Below the pieces are notes generated by a model. It did not search any database. It saw only the letters and a list, made by a program, of their open reading frames with translations, and was not told the origin of the DNA. This document shows, piece by piece, positions 55,586 to 61,905 of a stretch of DNA of 61,905 nucleotides (its first letter is position 1; every line of letters starts with the position of its first letter). This DNA comes from an uncultured Thermoplasmata archaeon (GTDB taxonomy: Archaea; Thermoplasmatota; Thermoplasmata; Halarchaeoplasmatales; Halarchaeoplasmataceae). Location: NCBI GenBank assembly GCA_964516805.1, contig CAZEXI010000006.1:1-61905 (forward strand), in the 5' to 3' direction. Both the position numbers and the translations under genes were made by a program.

Positions 55586-58500
55586 ATGAAGCAGTATTTC
55601 CAAAATCTGGAAGAAGAAGCAGAGAGATGTTATCAATTAGCTGAAAAAGCTAGAAATATGGGATACGATCCTACAACTGAAGTTGAGATACCTAGAGCTG
55701 AAGATTTAGCACTTAGAGCTCAAGAGCTAACCGGTGTAAAAAATACAGCTGAGAAGATAAGAGAATTGAGCGAAAAATATGATCGAGAAGAAGTATCCAT
55801 ACGGATCGCTAAAGAGGTCGCATCTCGAGAGGAAGGCAGTGTTAGTGAAAGGTTAGAAGATGCAGTCAGGATAGGTCTGGCAGTACTTACTGAAGGGATC
55901 CTCGTTGCACCACTGGAAGGTATCGGCGGAGTAGAGATACGAGAGAATTTTGATGGTAGTAATTATGTGGAATTATCTTTTGCAGGTCCAATCCGTTCTG
56001 CTGGAGGAACTGGTCAAGCGATGAGTGTCCTTATAGCTGACGTAGTGAGAAGAGAATTGGGGATCGATGAATTCAAAGCTAGTCAAGATGAAATTCAGAG
56101 ATTCAAAGAAGAGATACCTTTATACAAGAAATCATTAGGTCTTCAATACACGCCTTCAAATGAAGAAATATCTTTGATTGTAGATGGATGTCCCATAAGT
56201 ATCAGTGGTGAAGGTACGGATACAGAGGTTTCGGGTAATAGGGATTTACCCAGAGTTGATACAAACAGAGTCAGAGGAGGCGCATGTTTAGTGATAGCTG
56301 AAGGTATGTGCTTGAAGGCTCAAAAATTAAAAAAGCACGTTGATAAATTGGGAATCGGATGGGATTTCTTGGATGAATATATAGAAAAATACATGTCAGG
56401 AAAGAGTAAGTCAGATGAAGATGAAGACGATGAGGAGGAGAATAAGGGGATAAAACCCAACTTCAAATATATAAAAGAAACTATAGCAGGAAGACCAGTA
56501 TTTGGACACCCCAGTAGAAAGGGAGGATTTAGATTAAGATATGGTAGGGCTAGAACAGGGGGTTTAGCGTCTATAGCTGTAAATCCTGCTACCATGTATC
56601 TAACAGAAGAATTCATGGCTTTGGGCACTCAGGTTAAAATAGAAAGACCTGGAAAAGCAGGAGCTGTAACCCCTTGTGACACTATAGAAGGACCTACTGT
56701 TTTACTTCATGATGGGACTGTTAAAAGGGTTAATACAGCAGAAGAAGCTAAAGAGCTCCGTCTAAAAGTTAAAGAATTAATTGACATCGGTGAGATTTTG
56801 ATACCTTTTGGAGAATTCGTTGAAAATAATCATCCACTGGTTCCTGGAGCATACTGTCATGAATGGTGGATACAGGAAGTTGAAGAAGATATAAAGCAAG
56901 AAGAGATAGATGATGAAAAAGCAGTGAGATTGTCTAAAGAAAAAGGGTATCCATTACATCCTAACTACATATATTTCTGGGATTATGTTGGTGTGGATGA
57001 AATAAAAGAATTGAGAGACTGGATTTCTAAAGAATCAAACATAAATGATCATTTACATATAAAAAATAAAGAAAGCATCAAAGAAATTATGGAACAGATC
57101 GGTATACCTCATAAAATAGAAGATGAAAAGATTATTATTGAGGATTATCGATCACTTTTATTTACATTGGGATTGGATTTGAAAAGTTTAGAAAAAATTA
57201 GGGGAAGTGGAAAAGTAAATCCTATAGAATTCGTTTCTGAATTAGCTGGAGTTGAAATTAGAAGCAAAGGACCGACATCGATAGGTTCGAGGATGGCAAG
57301 GCCTGAAAAGGCCAAGGAAAGAAAGATGAGTCCACCAGTACATACTCTTTTTCCCATTGGTGATGCTGGTGGTTCCCAGCGCTTGATAAGGAAAGCTGTT
57401 GATGAAGGTGTCATAGAAGTTGAAATCAGTGCGAGAAGATGTAAAGAATGCGGCAGGACCAGTGCAACTGTAAGGTGTTCATGTGATGGTAGATGTGAGA
57501 TTATAGATGAGCCAAAAGAACAAAAAATACCGATGAAAAATATATTTAGACAAGCTCTATCAACATTAGGTGAAGGTGGAAATGTACAGAAGATCAAAGG
57601 AGTAAAAGGTTTGATGACTAAAACAAAAACTCCGGAAGCTTTAGAGAAAGGAATTCTAAGAGCAAAGTATGGAATTTATGTCTTTAAAGATGGTACAACT
57701 AGATATGATATGACTGATTTACCTGTAACTCATTTCAAACCTAAAGAGATAGGATTATCGATAGAGAAAGCGAAGGAATTGGGTTATGAAAAAGACATCC
57801 ACGGTGATGAATTAAAAGTTGAAGATCAGATGCTAGAATTAAAAGTTCAAGATTTTATTGCGTCTAACAGTGCAGGACAATATATAGTTAAGGTGGCTAA
57901 ATTCGTTGATGATCTTTTAGAGAAATATTATGGTTTAGATCCATATTATAATGCAGAAAGAAAAGAGGACATGATAGGTGAATTGATAGTTGGATTGGCA
58001 CCCCACACATCAGGAGGGGTGTTAGGTCGATTGATAGGTTTTCATAAAGGAAGAGCAGGATATGCCCATCCTTATTTCCACGCAGCTAAAAGGAGGAACT
58101 GTGATGGTGATGAAGACTGCATAATGCTTCTTTTGGACGGGCTCCTAAATTTTTCGGAGGAATTTTTACCTCAAAAACGAGGTGGCTTGATGGATGCACC
58201 ATTAGTTCTAACAACAAGGATAGATCCGTCAGAAATTGATAGTGAAGCTCATAATGTTGATACTTTATGGAAATATCCGTTAGAATTCTATGAACGAACT
58301 TTTGATTACCCTGATCCAAAAGAGCTCTCTGATATTATGGAGATAGCAGAAGATAGGCTAGAGACAGAAAGTCAATATGAAGGATTTGGATATACTCATG
58401 ATACTGATGATATCTCAGAAGGACCGACTATGAGTAAATACACAAGATTGGGTAAGATGACAGAGAAGATGAACGCCCAAATTAAAGTTGCAGACCTTAT

Positions 58501-58849
58501 TAGAGCTGTTGATACTGCAGATGTAGTCAGTAGGGTTATCAGTGATCATTTTATTCCAGACTTGATAGGAAACTTCAACAAATTTGGAGTCCAAACAATA
58601 AGATGTACAAAATGTAATACAAAGTACAGACGTATACCTCTCAGTGGTGAATGTGATTGTGGAGGCAATTTGACTCTTACAATACATGAAGGCAGTGTTA
58701 AGAAATATCTAAACCATTCATTAGAGATGGTTGAGAGATATGATGTTCCGGATTACCTTTATCAAAGGGTAAAACAGTTGGAAGAACAGATAGAATCGTT
58801 ATTCCAAAACGACAAGGTTTCTACACCTAGTTTAGATGAATTCTGTTAG
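55586..58849 (+). CDS. polC: DNA polymerase II (PolD) large subunit DP2
   Basis: N-terminal YFQNLEEEAERCYQLAEKARNMGYDPTTEVEIPRAEDLALR, central double-psi-barrel region (LGLQYTP, GRPVFGHPSRKGGFRLRYGRAR), catalytic RRNCDGDED, and Zn modules CKECG and CTKCN...CDCGG. No intein. Confidence 0.95.
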   Translation: MKQYFQNLEEEAERCYQLAEKARNMGYDPTTEVEIPRAEDLALRAQELTGVKNTAEKIRELSEKYDREEVSIRIAKEVASREEGSVSERLEDAVRIGLAVLTEGILVAPLEGIGGVEIRENFDGSNYVELSFAGPIRSAGGTGQAMSVLIADVVRRELGIDEFKASQDEIQRFKEEIPLYKKSLGLQYTPSNEEISLIVDGCPISISGEGTDTEVSGNRDLPRVDTNRVRGGACLVIAEGMCLKAQKLKKHVDKLGIGWDFLDEYIEKYMSGKSKSDEDEDDEEENKGIKPNFKYIKETIAGRPVFGHPSRKGGFRLRYGRARTGGLASIAVNPATMYLTEEFMALGTQVKIERPGKAGAVTPCDTIEGPTVLLHDGTVKRVNTAEEAKELRLKVKELIDIGEILIPFGEFVENNHPLVPGAYCHEWWIQEVEEDIKQEEIDDEKAVRLSKEKGYPLHPNYIYFWDYVGVDEIKELRDWISKESNINDHLHIKNKESIKEIMEQIGIPHKIEDEKIIIEDYRSLLFTLGLDLKSLEKIRGSGKVNPIEFVSELAGVEIRSKGPTSIGSRMARPEKAKERKMSPPVHTLFPIGDAGGSQRLIRKAVDEGVIEVEISARRCKECGRTSATVRCSCDGRCEIIDEPKEQKIPMKNIFRQALSTLGEGGNVQKIKGVKGLMTKTKTPEALEKGILRAKYGIYVFKDGTTRYDMTDLPVTHFKPKEIGLSIEKAKELGYEKDIHGDELKVEDQMLELKVQDFIASNSAGQYIVKVAKFVDDLLEKYYGLDPYYNAERKEDMIGELIVGLAPHTSGGVLGRLIGFHKGRAGYAHPYFHAAKRRNCDGDEDCIMLLLDGLLNFSEEFLPQKRGGLMDAPLVLTTRIDPSEIDSEAHNVDTLWKYPLEFYERTFDYPDPKELSDIMEIAEDRLETESQYEGFGYTHDTDDISEGPTMSKYTRLGKMTEKMNAQIKVADLIRAVDTADVVSRVISDHFIPDLIGNFNKFGVQTIRCTKCNTKYRRIPLSGECDCGGNLTLTIHEGSVKKYLNHSLEMVERYDVPDYLYQRVKQLEEQIESLFQNDKVSTPSLDEFC

Positions 58850-59868
58850 TCGCCAAAGGCGTTAAGACTGGTTTGCTGTTCTTTATCTCTACCTTCTTTT
58901 ATTTTGTCTAGTGCACTTTGAACTCTTGACTCAGAGAATTCATGTTTTTCACATAAGAACTCTTTGATTCTATCTAGGTCCATATTTTTAAATTCGATAG
59001 AGTAATCTTCAGTAATTTTTGGACTTAAAAATAAATCCTTAATTCTATCGTGGTTATTTATTTCCTTTTCTTTTTCCTTCAATACGCTTTCGAGGTCACC
59101 ATATTTTTTTACATATTTGAGACCACGTTTTGGACCGATTCCTTTGACACCTTCATTATAATCAGTACCACAAAGTATGCCTATGTCGATCAATTGTTCT
59201 CTAGTGATTTTAAGATCATCCAACACATCTTCCAAAATTATCAATTCAGGACTTATTTCTTTATATTCTTTTTTACCTGGTAGTTTTCTTTTACCTGTGA
59301 TCGTAAGATTTTTGATCAATCTCGGTGCACCTAATAACAGAGAATCGTAATCTTGACTTCCTACACCCCAGGCATCCCCTTTTTTTACCATATAAGCTGC
59401 CTGACTTTCACCTTCAGCTGGAGCTTGGATCCAAGGGATTCCCAAAAGAGTCAATAATTCTTTACTACTTTCTTCTATTTCAGCATCCATCCTTGACGTT
59501 TGCTGCGCCTTTGTTCTCGCGGTTTCAAGGTCACCCTTTTCAAGAGCTTTTTCGTACTCCTTTTTAGCTTTCTTCTTTCTTTTCTTTCTCTTTTCAAGAG
59601 TGCCTTCTTTCATAATGTCCGGTTTTCCATCGAAAACGTAAACTAATTTGATTTGATTTTCAATAAGGTTAGCATTTCGGTATAATAAACCTGATAAATG
59701 TGAAGTCACACGGCCTTCTGAATCCTTCAAAGGGGTTCCGTCTCTCTGTCTGATGCTTGATAAAAATTGATATATTATATTGTACGCATCCACAGCAATA
59801 ATCTTGTTTTCTAGATGATTGAAATCGATCTCCTCACTCTTTACGATATCACTTATACCAACGCCCAT
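58846..59868 (-). CDS. fen: flap endonuclease FEN1
   Basis: MGVGISDIV, IAVDAYNIIYQFLS, VYVFDG, EGESQAAYM, SQDYDSLLLG, and a C-terminal PIP-like QTSLNAF. Confidence 0.95.
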   Translation of the reverse strand: MGVGISDIVKSEEIDFNHLENKIIAVDAYNIIYQFLSSIRQRDGTPLKDSEGRVTSHLSGLLYRNANLIENQIKLVYVFDGKPDIMKEGTLEKRKKRKKKAKKEYEKALEKGDLETARTKAQQTSRMDAEIEESSKELLTLLGIPWIQAPAEGESQAAYMVKKGDAWGVGSQDYDSLLLGAPRLIKNLTITGKRKLPGKKEYKEISPELIILEDVLDDLKITREQLIDIGILCGTDYNEGVKGIGPKRGLKYVKKYGDLESVLKEKEKEINNHDRIKDLFLSPKITEDYSIEFKNMDLDRIKEFLCEKHEFSESRVQSALDKIKEGRDKEQQTSLNAFGD

Positions 59869-59876
59869 TTTATCAC

Positions 59877-60584
59877 TTAGAATATAGCTCCTTCTGACTG
59901 AACTTTAATACCTTCATCAGAGATAAGATAAGGTTTGATTTTCCTTGAATGTTCTATCCTTCTCATCTTGATCACCTGGACACTCAACTGAACATCCTGC
60001 ATGTCTTTTTGATTGTATCTAAGAAGAATGACACCATCTGTTGTATATTCAATCAATCCATCTCTTGAGCTGGTTGGATTATCGTCTTTGACTTCAGCAG
60101 TAAAAAGTGCAGTAGCACCCGTATCTTTGATCATCTGACACAAGCTGAATAACCTCTCTCTTTTTTCTTTGTTTGTATCTGACATCATATTCAGCAAAGA
60201 TACCGAATCTATTGCGATCCTTTCGGCATTAAAATTATCTATGAATTTGGGTAGTTCACTTTGTATTTTGGATATGGTTGCTTGAGCATCAGCAGGTTTT
60301 AGTTTTTCAACAGCTAGTTTTTCATTTTCAATAAAGGGTCTAAAATCCCATCCATAGGATAAACCGGTTTCAATAACAGCATCTCTATCTTCTTCTAAAG
60401 TTATAAAGATGCCAGATTCGTCATTCTGTAAACCATTCCACAAATATTGCAAAGAAAAGGTCGTTTTACCAGTACCAAAAGCACCCATGACTGTAAATAC
60501 ATGGCCTTTTGGTATACCCCCTTTTAGCATATCATCTAAACCATCTATACCCGATTTCACCCTTTCGATATTTTCTTTTGACAT
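59877..60584 (-). CDS. single-domain KaiC-like (RecA-superfamily) ATPase
   Basis: VKSGIDGLDDMLKGGIPKGHVFTVMGAFGTGKTTFSLQYL (Walker A), FITLEEDRDAVIETGLSYGWDF, and Walker B RIAIDSV. Confidence 0.8.
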   Translation of the reverse strand: MSKENIERVKSGIDGLDDMLKGGIPKGHVFTVMGAFGTGKTTFSLQYLWNGLQNDESGIFITLEEDRDAVIETGLSYGWDFRPFIENEKLAVEKLKPADAQATISKIQSELPKFIDNFNAERIAIDSVSLLNMMSDTNKEKRERLFSLCQMIKDTGATALFTAEVKDDNPTSSRDGLIEYTTDGVILLRYNQKDMQDVQLSVQVIKMRRIEHSRKIKPYLISDEGIKVQSEGAIF

Positions 60585-60589
60585 TTATA

Positions 60590-61423
60590 TCACCTAATTT
60601 TTTCATAATTGACTACAGTATACCCCTCATAATCTGTGACCTCAGCTGTAAATCTAGCTATCTTTTCCCGTTTCAGATGTGGCAGTACGCTCATGAACTT
60701 ATCTACCAGCATATATCTTTGTCTTTGAGATGTCCTTCGATTTTTAGACCATTCAAATGTTAATACACCATCAACACTATCTATCAATAAGTATTCGGTG
60801 CTTTTTTCGATGATACCTTTTGATAGTAATAGATAAATCACGCCACCCCATTGTTTAGAAGCTCTTCTCATACCTTTGATAATCGTGACTAATTTTTCAT
60901 TATCTATCGAAGAATTTGTTAATAGATCAGTTAAAGAATCTATAATGATCATATTGTCTTCAGCATTTTTTTCTAGAAAGTTAACCAACTCCTCTAACAG
61001 ATCAGAGTTCGAGTTGTCTGAAAATATATTTTTCTTCTTACGTTTTCCTGTCCAGCCTGGAGGAACCATAGTTCTTTTGAAATAAGACTCTGAAAAGTCT
61101 TTAATTTCTAGATCTTCCTCGATAACATCATAATAATCCTGATTAAAAGAAATCTTAACCTCGTCCAGTACATCTTCCATTGATCTAGAGAAAGTAACGT
61201 AATGTACTTCCTGTGGAAGAATAGAACCTTTGCACTCATCTCCCAATAATAGATGAATATCTTTTGGACTTTGTATCACTCTAAGTAATTTTGCTGAGGC
61301 TGTGTAAAGATATTCTAATCCTCCTGCACCTATTTCATTTAGTAGAAGAACGACTGAACCTGCAGGTATCCCACCTTTAATTATTGAATCTAGATCGCTT
61401 ATTCCTGTTGGTATTTTTTTCAT
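60590..61423 (-). CDS. KaiC-like protein with degenerate P-loop (probably inactive paralogue)
   Basis: IPTGISDLDSIIKGGIPAGSVVLLLNEIGAGGLEYLY. GKT is replaced by GLE, and a Walker-B-like MIIIDSL is retained. 5 nt upstream of the active KaiC-like gene. Confidence 0.6.
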   Translation of the reverse strand: MKKIPTGISDLDSIIKGGIPAGSVVLLLNEIGAGGLEYLYTASAKLLRVIQSPKDIHLLLGDECKGSILPQEVHYVTFSRSMEDVLDEVKISFNQDYYDVIEEDLEIKDFSESYFKRTMVPPGWTGKRKKKNIFSDNSNSDLLEELVNFLEKNAEDNMIIIDSLTDLLTNSSIDNEKLVTIIKGMRRASKQWGGVIYLLLSKGIIEKSTEYLLIDSVDGVLTFEWSKNRRTSQRQRYMLVDKFMSVLPHLKREKIARFTAEVTDYEGYTVVNYEKIR

Positions 61424-61565
61424 CTTTATTGCACCGATTTATCAATAAATTAATCTATGTAATCCATATCTTTTTAGTTAAGTCTGCTGAACATCAGACA
61501 GGGGTATTCACTATTATTAAGGAATAAGTAACAAATATAATTTACCGATAGACTTTAATGCTAGA

Positions 61566-61905
61566 AAGATAATGTACAACTCCGCACCGGAGGAGTAACC
61601 GGTTGCGAAACCATATACAATTAGAAGGTTTTAAATAAGTCCGCGGTTTAGCGGGAAACACGAACCAAAAGGCATTTATAATACATGCCTTTTAAGAGCG
61701 AATCCCGCGGTGGAAGCCTTTGATTCTTCCGGCGTGGAAATCAAGTTAAAATATTCGCAAATAGTTGTTAAGTAATGCACTCGGTGACATGAAAAAGGGT
61801 TACCGGGGAAGGGTATAGAATCCTTGTAGTATGGATTCGATGATTACCGATCATACGCAGACCTGGATGTGTACCAGACTTAGATTATTGCTGCAGTCAC
61901 TCAGC
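61566..61905 (+). ncRNA. rnpB: structured RNA, probable RNase P RNA (may run to or past the window edge)
   Basis: GC-enriched and helix-dense. AUAAGUCCGCGG resembles GAAAGUCCGGGC (P4 5' strand). GCGGGAAACACGAACC, UAAGAGCG and CCAGACUUAGAUUAU (P4 3' strand, CGGCUUA-like) occur in the order expected for RNase P RNA. Clear hairpins include GGUUGCGAAACC, AAAGGCAU..AUGCCUUU and GAAUCC..GGAUUC. TATA-like AAATATAA at 61533-61540. Confidence 0.5.

Noticed and set aside
55586-58849. Intein or split-gene signature in the PolD large subunit
   Set aside because: The ORF is continuous at 1087 aa, with motifs in the normal order and no Cys/Ser...HN intein boundaries or endonuclease insert.
59877-60584. 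RadB recombinase call for the 235-aa RecA-superfamily ATPase next to FEN1
   Set aside because: The sequence has the KaiC-type segments (FITLEEDRDAVIE..GWDF and C-terminal KMRRIEHS) rather than RadA/RadB L1/L2 regions, so it is called KaiC-like.

Overview
AT-rich (about one-third G+C by eye, not computed) archaeal chromosomal segment. It is clearly archaeal: it carries TATA-binding protein, DNA polymerase D large subunit, FEN1, an archaeal-type ValRS, diphthine-ammonia ligase, Trm5/Taw2, geranylgeranyl reductase, KaiC-like ATPases, and a tRNA-Trp whose intron is a box C/D guide RNA (a euryarchaeal hallmark). The predicted proteins are very Asp/Glu-rich, which fits a halophilic or marine lineage, but I cannot name the organism. 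Most genes are housekeeping: guaB, glyA, gcvT, gcvH, an lpd-like gene, TldD/PmbA, M42 and M55 peptidases, a BtuFCD-like importer, and a Ca/Na antiporter. Non-coding features I can support are tRNA-Trp(CCA) with a 147-nt C/D-box intron, tRNA-Gly(CCC), a fluoride riboswitch ahead of crcB-DUF190, a structured RNase P RNA-like gene at the right edge, and a weak C/D sRNA candidate upstream of polD. The most unusual observations are:
1. A bacterial DnaA-type AAA+ module lacking the DNA-binding domain IV, fused to a PATAN-like N-terminus and a DUF835 (inactivated KaiC/RecA-like) C-terminus (48030-49676).
2. A perfect 33-bp inverted repeat bracketing a 3.1-kb block next to tRNA-Gly (28893-32021).
3. 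A 4xCBS protein fused to an HPF/RaiA-like ribosome-hibernation domain.
4. An Mrr-like nuclease fused to TPR repeats.
5. A 2-kb islet attached to tRNA-Trp and bounded by decayed copies of the tRNA 3' end, carrying fluoride resistance and a toxin-antitoxin pair.
I saw no CRISPR array, transposase, integrase or rRNA. All calls come from reading the sequence and from remembered family motifs; no searches were run.
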